From contig OZ252032.1 in NCBI GenBank assembly GCA_965247655.1, positions 3,717,888-3,781,887 on the forward strand: a stretch of DNA of 64,000 nt, read 5' to 3'. The DNA comes from Candidatus Poribacteria bacterium. Lineage in GTDB: Bacteria; Poribacteria; WGA-4E; PCPOR2b. Position numbers and translations under genes: made by a program. A model generated the notes under the pieces. It worked only from the letters and a program-made list of their open reading frames with translations. It was not told the origin of the DNA and made no database searches. Below, in pieces: positions 25,667-35,554 of this stretch (positions are counted from its first letter, which is position 1; every line of letters starts with the position of its first letter).

Positions 25667-27949
25667 CTACACTGTTGCACCGTGTTTTCGGAGGATTTCA
25701 GCAATTTCCGTATGCCCTTTTTTCTCTGCCCAAGCGAGTGGGGTTGCCCACGATGCGCCTGCCAGATTGGGGTCTGCGCCGCGGTCAAGCAGAAACTCAG
25801 CCAGATCTTTGTTACCAAACCGCGCTGCCCAACCGAGCGGGGTTGACTTTAACTTGTCTTCCATCGCATTGATGTCAGCACCGTGATTGAGCAGCATACG
25901 GGCAAACTCGACGACCTCTTCTGCTGTATGTCCATAAGTTATAGGATTACAACTCTTGCCAGCCAAGTGATGAAGGATCGTGAAGTTGAACCGCTCATCC
26001 CGTGGATTTCGGAGGTTCGGGTCTATCCCGTATTCGAGCAGCTTATCCAAATTGGTGATGTAGTTGCGACGGTCAAATCCCTCGTTGTTGATTTTCAGAT
26101 CGCCCAGCCGCCAACCGCGTACCGATTGTTCCAACAAATTAAACCACTTGGTGTCATCATACTGTGGATTATCGCGTAGTCCCATCTCGACCACATCAAT
26201 ATTACCCGCCAGAATCGCGCTCCAGAGTAATTCTTTGCGTTCTGATGTATCTCGCTGAAGGATTTCCGAAATGGCAGGGAGATTGTTTGTGAGACAGTAA
26301 CTCAACAGATCAGCAACTGCGCCGTGTTGGAACATCAGATCCGCAACGCGCTTGTGTCCATATTGATACGCCCAGCAGACGGCGTTACCAGACGCGTAGA
26401 CCGCCGTGTTTGGATTTGCCCCGCTCTCAATCAACAATTTCACAACCTCATAATGTCCACGATTGGCTGCAAGCCAAAGCGGATGTCCCCACTGTTTCAC
26501 CTTCTCGCCGGCGACATCAATTTCAAACGGAGAATCCGGATCTGCCCCAGCGTCAATTAGCAGTTGGACAACTTGCGTATGTCCTTGAAAACAAGCGACG
26601 ACCAGCGGGTTGTCATAGTCTCCCCAGAACGGTTCTCTGCTTTTGCATAGCTGGGTCTTATCCTCACAGGCGTCAATAAACCGCTTCACGCCTTCGACAT
26701 CGCCGACGCCGCAGGCAACCCAGAGATCATACGTCGCGCCACGTGCGGGCAAGGCACCCGCGAGGATGGCGTAGGTTTTGTACATCTCATCCGGCTCCTT
26801 CCAACTGTGTGCGAGGCAGTGGTGGATCGGACGACTTCCGTCCGCTGCCCGGTGGTCAACATCGGCACCCCGGTCTAGCAACTCAAGGACAAGCGATAAA
26901 TCGCCCCTGCCAATCGCTTCAAAAAGCGCAGTTTTTCCGCCCCGATCGGTTGCATTGATAAGCTCTGCCTCCTCGTTGAGCAATGAGCGGATCTGTTCAA
27001 TATCGCCGCCTGCTGCAGCATGGGTTAAGGCTTCACCCTTTGGTGTCGTCCCCCGTTGCTCGTTGAGCCACCCTTCAATGACCTCAACGACAGCGGTGTA
27101 CCCACGGTCTTTTGCTATTGTCAGCGCACTAGTGGCTTCACGGTGGGGATATATCCCGTTGAGCGGGTCTGCTCCTGCTTCTAGTAGCACACGCACGATT
27201 TCAGCATGCCCCTCTTCCACTGCAAGGTGGATGGGCTGATGTTCATTATTTGAAGCGATGTCTTGGGTTGCTAACTCCGGCTTGACGGCGAGGATCTCCT
27301 GAACCCGTTGCAGGTCGCCCACTTGCGCCGCATTGCAGATGCCGACTGCATTGACAAACGAATCGTCACGTGAGGGTGCGTTTCGATGGAGTGTATCTTT
27401 TAACATAGTAATCATCCTTTCGGAATGTAAGGTTGCTTTTAGACGCTTCCTTGAGGCACGGAGTCGGTTATCGACCGTCGTCACCGGCACCTCCAGGAAG
27501 TCCGCAATCTGTTTCTGTGAAAAACCGCTGATATAGAAGAGCGTTGTGACCTGACGCTGGCTCTCCGGCAATGCAGCGACCGCAGCCAACACGAGGGATT
27601 TCGTCTCTTGTTCCTCAATTTCAACCGCCGGATCTCTCCTGCCCGAAGGTATCTCAAGCATCGTTTCTAGGGGCATGAGTTCGTCGCGCTTTCCGCGTGT
27701 CAACCGATTGCAGTGTTTGAAAATAATCCTGCGGAACCAGCCCGGGAACGCAACGGGACCATAGACCCTTGAAAGGATCGGATACGCCTCAATGAATGCC
27801 TCTTGCACTGCATCTTCAGCCAGATGGAAATCCCCTAAGATGGAGAAGGCGTAGCCCACAGCCATATCTTGGAACTGTTGGACAATCCTACCGTAGGCAT
27901 CCAGATCCCCGGCTTGTGCACGACTGATAAGTGATTCTAGCTCTTCCAT
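25667..27949 (-). CDS. ECF-type sigma-70 factor fused to a ~550-aa ankyrin-repeat domain
   Basis: N-terminal ~185 aa hold sigma regions 2 and 4 (EDAVQEAFIEAY; SQKQIADFLEVPVTTVDNRLRASRKRL). At least 10 ankyrin-like repeats follow (for example PIHLAVEEGHAEIVRVLLEAGADP, TPLGWAARFGNKDLAEFLLDRGADPN). No TM segment. Confidence 0.8.
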   Translation of the reverse strand: MEELESLISRAQAGDLDAYGRIVQQFQDMAVGYAFSILGDFHLAEDAVQEAFIEAYPILSRVYGPVAFPGWFRRIIFKHCNRLTRGKRDELMPLETMLEIPSGRRDPAVEIEEQETKSLVLAAVAALPESQRQVTTLFYISGFSQKQIADFLEVPVTTVDNRLRASRKRLKATLHSERMITMLKDTLHRNAPSRDDSFVNAVGICNAAQVGDLQRVQEILAVKPELATQDIASNNEHQPIHLAVEEGHAEIVRVLLEAGADPLNGIYPHREATSALTIAKDRGYTAVVEVIEGWLNEQRGTTPKGEALTHAAAGGDIEQIRSLLNEEAELINATDRGGKTALFEAIGRGDLSLVLELLDRGADVDHRAADGSRPIHHCLAHSWKEPDEMYKTYAILAGALPARGATYDLWVACGVGDVEGVKRFIDACEDKTQLCKSREPFWGDYDNPLVVACFQGHTQVVQLLIDAGADPDSPFEIDVAGEKVKQWGHPLWLAANRGHYEVVKLLIESGANPNTAVYASGNAVCWAYQYGHKRVADLMFQHGAVADLLSYCLTNNLPAISEILQRDTSERKELLWSAILAGNIDVVEMGLRDNPQYDDTKWFNLLEQSVRGWRLGDLKINNEGFDRRNYITNLDKLLEYGIDPNLRNPRDERFNFTILHHLAGKSCNPITYGHTAEEVVEFARMLLNHGADINAMEDKLKSTPLGWAARFGNKDLAEFLLDRGADPNLAGASWATPLAWAEKKGHTEIAEILRKHGATV

Positions 27950-28143
27950 ATCAACCTCTTATTCTATTGATAGGTTTCACTATAATAATCCCAATTCGCT
28001 GAGACGATCCGTGTAAAAAACAGGATTTATTTTATCATTTTGTTACTTTTTTGTAAACGCCAAAGAAAAGCCAACGAAGAACCCTTCAAACGAGGTTGGC
28101 TTTTTCGTAATATTTCCTACCGTGAGAACTTTCCCTTTTTTTG

Positions 28144-28172
28144 TTGCAGTAAAAAACCGATTCTGATATAAT
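28144..28172 (+). promoter_or_regulatory. Sigma70-type promoter candidate with extended -10 for coxSLM
   Basis: TTGCAG (28144-28149), a 17-nt spacer ending in TGA, then TATAAT (28167-28172), about 80 nt upstream of the coxS start. Confidence 0.5.
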
Positions 28173-28250
28173 GCGGTTTAATTTTAGAGAGGAAAGTAGG
28201 GTATTCATCTGTCCTGTCAGGGGCGGGATGTGTAAAAGGAGGTAATACAC

Positions 28251-28724
28251 TTGGCTAAGAAAGTTATTCATACAACAATTAATGGAGAGGCACACACACA
28301 CGAAGTTGAGCCACGGCTGCTTTTGGTTCACTACATCCGAGATGTTGTTGGTTTGACCGGCTCACACGTCGGTTGTGAAACGAGCCTGTGTGGTGCTTGT
28401 ACGGTTACAGTGAACGGACAAGCAGTCAAATCGTGTACGATGCTGGCGGTCCAAGCGGATGGCGCGGAAATTACAACCATCGAAGGCTTGGCGCAAAATG
28501 GAGATCTTCACGCCATTCAAGAGGGGTTCTGGGAACGTCACGGCTTGCAGTGTGGTTTCTGTACTCCCGGAATGATTATGGCAGCCCATCAACTGCTGGA
28601 GCGGCATCCCAACCCAACGGAAGATGAGATACGGCACGGGTTGGAAGGCAATCTTTGCCGCTGCACCGGTTATCAGCATATTGTTGAGGCGGTCCAACAC
28701 GCTGCGGAGAAGATGCAGGGCTAA
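28251..28724 (+). CDS. coxS: (2Fe-2S)-binding small subunit of a xanthine-dehydrogenase/CODH-family molybdoenzyme
   Basis: [19 protein letters not shown] and CRCTGY cysteine clusters. TTG start 8 nt after AAAGGAGG. Confidence 0.85.
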   Translation: MAKKVIHTTINGEAHTHEVEPRLLLVHYIRDVVGLTGSHVGCETSLCGACTVTVNGQAVKSCTMLAVQADGAEITTIEGLAQNGDLHAIQEGFWERHGLQCGFCTPGMIMAAHQLLERHPNPTEDEIRHGLEGNLCRCTGYQHIVEAVQHAAEKMQG

Positions 28725-28762
28725 CAAGCAAGAGATAGGACGCAAATAGGAGGATCGATATT

Positions 28763-31099
28763 ATGGCAACAATAGCGGCACCGACTCGAATGATAGGCGC
28801 CCCGATTAAACGACGCGAGGATCCACGATTAATCCAAGGGTTATCCCATTATGTCGACGATATTAAGCTGGTGGGCACCCTTCACTGTGCCTTCGTGCGC
28901 AGCGACTATGCACATGCAGTCATCAACAGCATTGATACAACAGCAGCCAAAGAATTGCCCGGCGTCGTTACGGTGATTACCGCCGAAGACCTTGGCGAGG
29001 TTGGGGGCATCCCTTGTGGCGCGGAAATTCCAGGCCTTAAGGTGCCAGATCACCCTCCGCTGGCAGTGGGGCGTGTCCGGTTCGTTGGGGAAGCAGTCGC
29101 TGCGGTTGTGGCGACAGATGCGTATATTGCCAGGGATGCGCTGGACCTGATTGAAGTTGATTATGAAGCGCTGCCCGCTGTTACTGACCTCGATAAGGCG
29201 GTCGAGGCGGATTCACCGTTGATTTATGACGACTTTGGCGACAATATCGGTTTCACAATGCCGTTAGAGGCAGGGGATGCCGATGCTGCTTTCGCAGAAG
29301 CGAATCATGTGGTATCTCAGCGTTTCGTCAATCAGCGTCTGGTTCCGAATGCGATGGAAACGCGTGGGGTGTTAGCTGAATATCTACCGGGCGAAGGCAC
29401 CCTTACCGTCTGGTCATCAACGCAGGTTCCACACATTCTTAAAACGCAGTTGTCTCTTATCGTCAACGTGCCGGAACAGAAAGTGCGCGTCATCGCCCCG
29501 GAAGTTGGCGGCGGCTTCGGTAGTAAGTTAAATGTCTACCCCGAAGAGGTCGTTGTTTCGTATTTGGCGATACAATTACGTAAACCAGTGAAATGGACGG
29601 AGAAGCGGACTGAGAACTTCACAACGACAATCCATGGGCGAGACCAAGTCAACTATGTGGATGTCGCAGTTAATAACGATGGGACAATCACAGGGATTCG
29701 TGCGAAAATCCTCGCCGACCTTGGTGCGTCCTATCAGCTGCTCACCCCGCTGATTCCCACATTGACAAATCTCATGATTGTCGGCTGTTACAAGATTCCA
29801 AACGTTCAGATCGAATTGGTCGGTGTCTTAACGAACAAGATGGCGACGGATGCGTACCGCGGTGCGGGGCGTCCCGAAGCGACCTACATCATTGAGCGCA
29901 TGGTTGATCTGGCAGCATCGGCGGTAGGAATGGATCCGAAAGATATTCGGTTCAAAAACTTCCCGCAGCCGACTGAATTCCCGCTTGAAATCCCAACTGG
30001 AATTGTCTACGACAGTGGCAACTACCAAGAAAGCTTTAACAAGGCACTGGGAATTGTCGACTATGATGGTCTACGAAGCCAGCAGGCGCAACTTCGTGAG
30101 CAGGGCAGATATCTAGGAATTGGTATCTCCACCTATGCTGAGATTTGTGGTATGGGCCCCTCCATAGCGATGCCCGCCGGCGGTTGGGAAAGTAGCACCG
30201 TCCGGGTCGAACCGACTGGAAAGATTACGGTGTTGACTGGTGTTTCACCACACGGTCAGGGCCAAGAGACCACCTTTGCACAGCTGATCGCCGATGAGTT
30301 TGGCGTCGATATTGATGATATCATAGTCATCCACGGCGACACAGGAAGGCAGCCTTACGGTATCGGTACCTTTGGTAGTCGGGCGACGGCTGTCGGTGGA
30401 ACGGCGATGGTTATCGCTGCGGGTCAGGTGAAGGAAAAGATGGCAAAATTCGCAGCCCATCTGATGGAAGCCAACTCCGAGGACCTTGTCTTTGGAGACG
30501 GACAGATCTTCGTCGAAGGTTCACCGGATCAAGCGATTGATTTCGCGGCGATTGCCCTAGAAGCACACGTCGCCAAGAATCTACCGCCCGACACGACGCC
30601 TGGCCTCGAAGCAACGCATTTCTTTGAACCGTCCAACTTCACCTATCCATTCGGTGCCCACATCGCAGTGGTCGAGGTTGACACCGATACCGGTGAGATT
30701 GATATTCAGCGATATGTATGCGTTGACGATATCGGCAATATCATCAATCCCTTAATTGTTGCGGGACAGGTACATGGTGGCATTGCACAAGGTTTGGGGC
30801 AGGCACTGTATGAAGGAGCGGTCTACGATGAGAGCGGGCAGCTTTTGACCGGCTCATTGATGGATTATGCCGTTCCCAAGGCGACACAGGTGCCCCACTT
30901 TGAAACAGACCATACGGTGACTCCTTCACCTGTAAATCCGATGGGTGTTAAAGGAGTTGGTGAAGCCGGAACGATTGGCTCAACGCCGTGTATGGTCAAT
31001 GCCGTTGTGGACGCCTTATCGCCGTTTGGGGTGAAGGATATCGAAATGCCGCTGACGCCGAACCGTGTGTGGCAGGCAATTCAAGATGCAAAGGGTTAA
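28763..31099 (+). CDS. coxL: Molybdopterin-binding large subunit, form-II (putative) CoxL type
   Basis: 778 aa. The active-site loop reads AYRGAGR (form-II signature), not AYxCSFR of bona fide form-I CO dehydrogenase. Confidence 0.8.
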   Translation: MATIAAPTRMIGAPIKRREDPRLIQGLSHYVDDIKLVGTLHCAFVRSDYAHAVINSIDTTAAKELPGVVTVITAEDLGEVGGIPCGAEIPGLKVPDHPPLAVGRVRFVGEAVAAVVATDAYIARDALDLIEVDYEALPAVTDLDKAVEADSPLIYDDFGDNIGFTMPLEAGDADAAFAEANHVVSQRFVNQRLVPNAMETRGVLAEYLPGEGTLTVWSSTQVPHILKTQLSLIVNVPEQKVRVIAPEVGGGFGSKLNVYPEEVVVSYLAIQLRKPVKWTEKRTENFTTTIHGRDQVNYVDVAVNNDGTITGIRAKILADLGASYQLLTPLIPTLTNLMIVGCYKIPNVQIELVGVLTNKMATDAYRGAGRPEATYIIERMVDLAASAVGMDPKDIRFKNFPQPTEFPLEIPTGIVYDSGNYQESFNKALGIVDYDGLRSQQAQLREQGRYLGIGISTYAEICGMGPSIAMPAGGWESSTVRVEPTGKITVLTGVSPHGQGQETTFAQLIADEFGVDIDDIIVIHGDTGRQPYGIGTFGSRATAVGGTAMVIAAGQVKEKMAKFAAHLMEANSEDLVFGDGQIFVEGSPDQAIDFAAIALEAHVAKNLPPDTTPGLEATHFFEPSNFTYPFGAHIAVVEVDTDTGEIDIQRYVCVDDIGNIINPLIVAGQVHGGIAQGLGQALYEGAVYDESGQLLTGSLMDYAVPKATQVPHFETDHTVTPSPVNPMGVKGVGEAGTIGSTPCMVNAVVDALSPFGVKDIEMPLTPNRVWQAIQDAKG

Positions 31100-31166
31100 G
31101 ATAATTTTCCGAAGGTTTGAAACCTTCGGAAAGTTATGCTCAAGTGAAGGAAGGAGGATGTAAAGA

Positions 31167-32021
31167 ATGATTCCGGGAAGTTTTGAATACTTTGCACCGA
31201 CAGCACTTGATGAAGCGTTGTCGCTCTTGCAGGAACATGGAGACGATGCGAAGGTGCTCGCTGGTGGACATAGCTTGATCCCAACGATGAAATTACGTTT
31301 AGCTGAACCGGCGGTCATCATCGATATTGGACGCATCGGCGGCTTGAAAGGGATCTCTGAGTCTGGTGGAAAATTGGTTATCGGTGCGCTGACGACGCAT
31401 CATGAATTGGAGAGTTCAGATCTGGTCCAGCAGCGGGTGCCGCTGCTTGCACAAACCGCTGCCGAAATTGGTGATGTGCAGATACGCAACAAAGGCACAA
31501 TCGGCGGCAGCCTTGCACACGCTGATCCGGCTGCTGATTGGCCCGCGACGATTCTCGCGCTTGATGCTAATCTTCAAATCGCTGGTCCCAATGGCGAGCG
31601 GACTGTCAAAGCAACCGATTTCTTCCAAGGACTGTACGAGACAGACCTCGGAGACGACGAAATCCTTACGGCAGTCCATGTGTCGATTCCAGATGCTAAC
31701 ACCACAGGGACATATCTGAAGCTGCACCAAGTGGCATCAGGATTTGCCCTTGCGGGGGTGGCTGTTGTCTTGACGAAATCCGGAGACACTTGCCAGAGCG
31801 TCGCTGTCGGTATCACTGGTGTTTCGGATGCCCCATATCGGGCGTCGGGCGTCGAGTCTGCGCTGACAGGGGCGGCATTGACCGCTGAGAATATCGCTGC
31901 CGCTGCTGAGAGAGCGGTTGACGGGATAACTGCGTTGGAAGATCTCCACGCAAGTCAGGCGTATCGCGAAAACCTGGCGCAAGTCTACACCCGTCGGGCG
32001 ATTGAGAGTGCCGCGTCATAA
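31167..32021 (+). CDS. coxM: FAD-binding medium subunit (CoxM/CutM type)
   Basis: FEYFAPTALDEALSLLQEHGDDAKVLAGGHSLIPTMKLR N-terminus. The S-L-M gene order is typical of form-II clusters. Confidence 0.85.
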   Translation: MIPGSFEYFAPTALDEALSLLQEHGDDAKVLAGGHSLIPTMKLRLAEPAVIIDIGRIGGLKGISESGGKLVIGALTTHHELESSDLVQQRVPLLAQTAAEIGDVQIRNKGTIGGSLAHADPAADWPATILALDANLQIAGPNGERTVKATDFFQGLYETDLGDDEILTAVHVSIPDANTTGTYLKLHQVASGFALAGVAVVLTKSGDTCQSVAVGITGVSDAPYRASGVESALTGAALTAENIAAAAERAVDGITALEDLHASQAYRENLAQVYTRRAIESAAS

Positions 32022-32039
32022 CCAGCAAAGGTAATGAGT

Positions 32040-32116
32040 CAAACGTAAAACGTAGAGGATTCGCGCCCCCGATAGATTGGGATTTCGCTACACTCAACTT
32101 GCGTTTTACGTTTGAT
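32040..32116. repeat. Small inverted-repeat element directly after coxM
   Basis: TCAAACGTAAAACG (32040-32053) pairs with CGTTTTACGTTTGA (32103-32116), a perfect 14-bp inverted repeat. Confidence 0.65.
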
Positions 32117-32151
32117 ACCTTGCCAACCCACCACAAAATCATAAGATAACG

Positions 32152-32343
32152 CAAGTTGCATCTGTCGCCCCGCTGGGGCTTTGATATGTGTGGATTCGGT
32201 ATATCTATACACATTGCGCTCCGCTGGAGCGCGGGGATTGGACGTATTGCCCTTCTATAGACATATTGCTCCTCTGGAGCGAAAGATTGAGCACATCAGC
32301 TTTAACAACAACCCGATGAACTTTCAACAACTCGCAACTTGGG
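32152..32343 (+). mobile_element. MITE-like element (family A) flanked by a 9-bp direct repeat
   Basis: TAAGATAAC occurs at 32143-32151 and 32344-32352. Ends are GCAAGTTGC... and ...GCAACTTGGGTT. It carries the same three hairpins in the same order as 12621-12750. Confidence 0.7.
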
Positions 32344-32349
32344 TTAAGA

Positions 32350-32567
32350 TAACCTAAGCTGCTACTTTATTGGAAACTGGATATTCTGTATGTTTTTTGG
32401 TATCCTGCACTGTGTCCTATTTATCAGTTTTGCCCGGCTTGGATAAACATATCCAAGCCGTTTTTGTGTATGTACAATGAATTTGTCAATCCAAGTCGAG
32501 CGGTGATTGACTCGGCTTAGTACCCTTCTCCCGGCTCGCAACGTACCCTATAAGCGGCAACTTGGGT
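32350..32567 (+). mobile_element. MITE-like element (family C)
   Basis: Ends are AACCTAAGCTGCTAC (32350-32364) and GCGGCAACTTGGGT (32554-32567). The core CGGCTTGGATAAACATATCCAAGCCGTTTTTGTGTATGT...TTTGTCAATCCA is homologous to the inverted copy at 37574-37748. A solo palindromic TIR unit, CCTAAGTTGCTACTTAGG, follows at 32576-32593. Confidence 0.65.
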
Positions 32568-32629
32568 CATGATAGCCTAAGTTGCTACTTAGGTAATTCA
32601 TTTTATTGCCAAAATAACAGGAGATTTTG

Positions 32630-35146
32630 ATGAAATTCACATTTTGCATTTTACTTCTAATAATTGTGTGCCCTGTCTCTTTACTTATAGCGCAGGAGAC
32701 AGAAGAAGACACAACTCCAGTCGTTGAACTAGAAGAAATCGTCACCATCGGCACTCGGGTCCCTGATCGGAGTCGGCTCGATTCGCCGGTGCCCGTTGAT
32801 GTTATTAGCGAAGACGAAATCCGCAAAACAGGGCATACTGAGGTAGGACGTGTCTTGCAGACGCTAGCCCCATCATTCAACTTTTCAAGCTCCTCAATTA
32901 GCGATGGTACGGACGCGTTAAGGCCCGCAACACTCCGAGGCTTAGGACCAGACCAAGTGCTTGTGCTCGTCAACGGGAAACGGCGTCATGGCAGTGCACT
33001 GATTCATGTCAATACCTCCGTTGGGCGTGGCACGGCGGGAGTGGACATGAACACGATTCCCGCAAGTGCTATTAAGCGAATTGAAGTCCTGCGCGACGGT
33101 GCCTCGGCGCAGTACGGTTCAGACGCGCTCGCCGGTGTCATTAACATTGTGCTCAAGGACAACGACGAAGGAGGGTTTCGATCTTCCTACGGTTCCACTT
33201 ACGCAGGCGACGGAGCAACATTCGTATTGGGTGCCAACAAGGGGTTTAAATTCGGCGAAGATGGTGTCCTTCATGGGGCGTTTGAATATCGAGATAGACA
33301 GCCAACCAATCGTGCCGGCTTGACTGGCGTGATTCAGTATCCTACCACCGAAGTCGGGGAGAGTTCACCCGTCCAAATAATGAAAGACCCTGGCAATAAA
33401 GAACACAACTTTGACCGCCAAAATTTCCGTCTCGGGGATGCGGAATCTCGTCAGATCGCCCTTGCCCTGAACTTGGATAAGCCTATTGATAGCATTTTAA
33501 GCCTACCTACTGATAGCATTTGGAACGATGCAACTTTTTATAGCTTTCTTGATTTCTCAAACCGCCAAAACACAAGTGCGGGGTTCTACCGAAGAGCCAA
33601 TCAACTCGACCGTAACCCGGAAGGGTCTGCCTACCCTGATGGCTTCCTCCCGTTGATTAACACAGATGTACTCGATTACTCCATTGGGGTTGGTCTCAAA
33701 CGGACCTTCTCCAGCGGTTTATTGATGGATGCAAGCGTGGTCACAGGGGGCAATACCTTTGCATTCAATGTTAGCAATTCGCATAACGCCTCGCTCGTCG
33801 CTGCGGAGGGTGCTAGCCCATCATCCGCCGATGCGGGTGCCCTACGGCTTTTTCTCAACACGGTAGGGCTCGATTTCTCACTTCCGATGAACTGGGGAAA
33901 CGTTGCAGCAGGCGGCGGATTTCGTAACGACATCTACCAAATCCGGGCAGGTGAAAAAGTCTCCTATCATGATTATGATGGACCTGGTGGTGCGGCGGGT
34001 GCCATCCAAGTTTTCCCCGGATTCCAACCTTCAAATGAGGTGGACGAAGTCCGAACTGCTGTTGCGTTCTACACCGATGTTGAAGTTCGTCCAATCAAGG
34101 CAGTGCTTATCAACCCAGCAGCTCGCATCGAAAACTACAGTGATTTCGGATCCACAGTCAATGGGAAATTGGCATTGCGCTATGAACCGATTGAAATGCT
34201 TGCCCTGCGAGGTTCAGCGAGCACAGGGTTTCGCGCTCCTTCGATGCAGCAACTCTACTTCAACAACGTCAGCACACAATTCACCAACACGGCTGATGGC
34301 GGGACAATAGTCCGAGAGATCGGCACGTTCCGAAACAACAGCGAGACTGCTAAAGCAATTGGCATTCCTGAGTTGGTAGAAGAGACTGCGTTCAATGTCA
34401 CTACAGGGTTCATTTTTCAACCGTTGGATCGGTTGACGCTCACGGCAGATTTCTATCATGTCACCATAAGTGACCGTGTTGTCATTAGTGGACAGTTGGG
34501 AAGCGATAATGAAGAGATTCCGTCAAAAATTAGAAAAAGTCTTGAAGATTCAGGTATTGGGGGTGCGCAATTTTTTATGAACGCTGCGGACACTCAGACG
34601 CAAGGCATAGATGTTGTTGCATCTTATGTCTATCCAGTGTTCGAGCAAGGGACACTCACGTTTAGCTTCGCTGCGAACTACACAGAAACAGAGATTACTG
34701 ATATAAATCTCCCCGCCAATCTGCCAGATTCGCTGTTCACCGAGCGAGACCGCTCTATTATTGAGACATGGCAGCCGAAAGACCGCGTTTCGATGTCAAC
34801 CCGATATTCGGACGACACTATCGCTGTGGACTACTCCGTGCATCGGTACGGGGCGTACACCGTGATCGATGGCAGTAGGAGCCAAACTTACACACCCAAA
34901 TATCTGACGGATGTTCAATTGAGTTATGGATTGGGTGAATATGGAAGAATCAAAATAGGTGCGAATAACCTATTCAATGTCACCCCTGATAAAAATCTCA
35001 TTGGCCAATCCCGAGGCGGAAAGATCGTGGATCCTTGGGGGAATATCGTGATTGATTCGCCGGGCGTGTTCACCTATTCACGGCGTTCTGCGCCGTTTGG
35101 CTTTAATGGTGGGCTTTACTATATCGGTTGGGAGCAGACGTTCTAA
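32630..35146 (+). CDS. TonB-dependent outer-membrane receptor
   Basis: Signal peptide, plug-domain block (EEIVTIGTR...; IKRIEVLRDGASAQYGSDALAGVINIV), and a long beta-barrel ending ...GWEQTF. ATG at 32630 lies 7 nt after AGGAGA. Confidence 0.9.
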   Translation: MKFTFCILLLIIVCPVSLLIAQETEEDTTPVVELEEIVTIGTRVPDRSRLDSPVPVDVISEDEIRKTGHTEVGRVLQTLAPSFNFSSSSISDGTDALRPATLRGLGPDQVLVLVNGKRRHGSALIHVNTSVGRGTAGVDMNTIPASAIKRIEVLRDGASAQYGSDALAGVINIVLKDNDEGGFRSSYGSTYAGDGATFVLGANKGFKFGEDGVLHGAFEYRDRQPTNRAGLTGVIQYPTTEVGESSPVQIMKDPGNKEHNFDRQNFRLGDAESRQIALALNLDKPIDSILSLPTDSIWNDATFYSFLDFSNRQNTSAGFYRRANQLDRNPEGSAYPDGFLPLINTDVLDYSIGVGLKRTFSSGLLMDASVVTGGNTFAFNVSNSHNASLVAAEGASPSSADAGALRLFLNTVGLDFSLPMNWGNVAAGGGFRNDIYQIRAGEKVSYHDYDGPGGAAGAIQVFPGFQPSNEVDEVRTAVAFYTDVEVRPIKAVLINPAARIENYSDFGSTVNGKLALRYEPIEMLALRGSASTGFRAPSMQQLYFNNVSTQFTNTADGGTIVREIGTFRNNSETAKAIGIPELVEETAFNVTTGFIFQPLDRLTLTADFYHVTISDRVVISGQLGSDNEEIPSKIRKSLEDSGIGGAQFFMNAADTQTQGIDVVASYVYPVFEQGTLTFSFAANYTETEITDINLPANLPDSLFTERDRSIIETWQPKDRVSMSTRYSDDTIAVDYSVHRYGAYTVIDGSRSQTYTPKYLTDVQLSYGLGEYGRIKIGANNLFNVTPDKNLIGQSRGGKIVDPWGNIVIDSPGVFTYSRRSAPFGFNGGLYYIGWEQTF

Positions 35147-35173
35147 TCTTTTAACAATAAAAGGAGACTCCGG

Positions 35174-35554
35174 ATGATTCATAAGATTCACAAGATAGCC
35201 CTTGTCACCGATGATGTCGAAGGCTCTGTCAAATTTTATACCGAAACACTTGGATTGGAAGTTATTGAGCGATTTCCTGTCGAGGACGACGAGGACTATG
35301 TTTTTCTGAAAGCTGGCGATATGATCTTGGAACTGATGCCGAAAAAATCAATGGAAGCAGAAGAAGGCTTCCATCATATCTCCTTCAGGGTTGACAGCGT
35401 GGAGGCGAGCGTGCAAGACCTGAAGGACAAGGGGGTGCCGATCGAAAAAGAACCTTTCGACGCGGGTGCCAGCGGCATTCGTCTGGCGTTTTTCAAAGGT
35501 CCGAATGATATGCTTTTGCAGCTGTTTCAGCGGGATACAGAAGAGGGGAAATAA
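35174..35554 (+). CDS. VOC (glyoxalase/bleomycin-resistance/dioxygenase) family protein
   Basis: 126 aa with IHKIALVTDDVEGSVKFYTETLGL... and ...HHISFRVD.... Confidence 0.7.
   Translation: MIHKIHKIALVTDDVEGSVKFYTETLGLEVIERFPVEDDEDYVFLKAGDMILELMPKKSMEAEEGFHHISFRVDSVEASVQDLKDKGVPIEKEPFDAGASGIRLAFFKGPNDMLLQLFQRDTEEGK

Noticed and set aside
32400-32629. A cobalamin riboswitch or Fur box upstream of the TonB-dependent receptor.
   Set aside because: There is no B12-box-like sequence. The AT-rich stretch AATTCATTTTATT near 32594-32607 matches the 19-bp Fur consensus too poorly. The region is explained by repeat elements.
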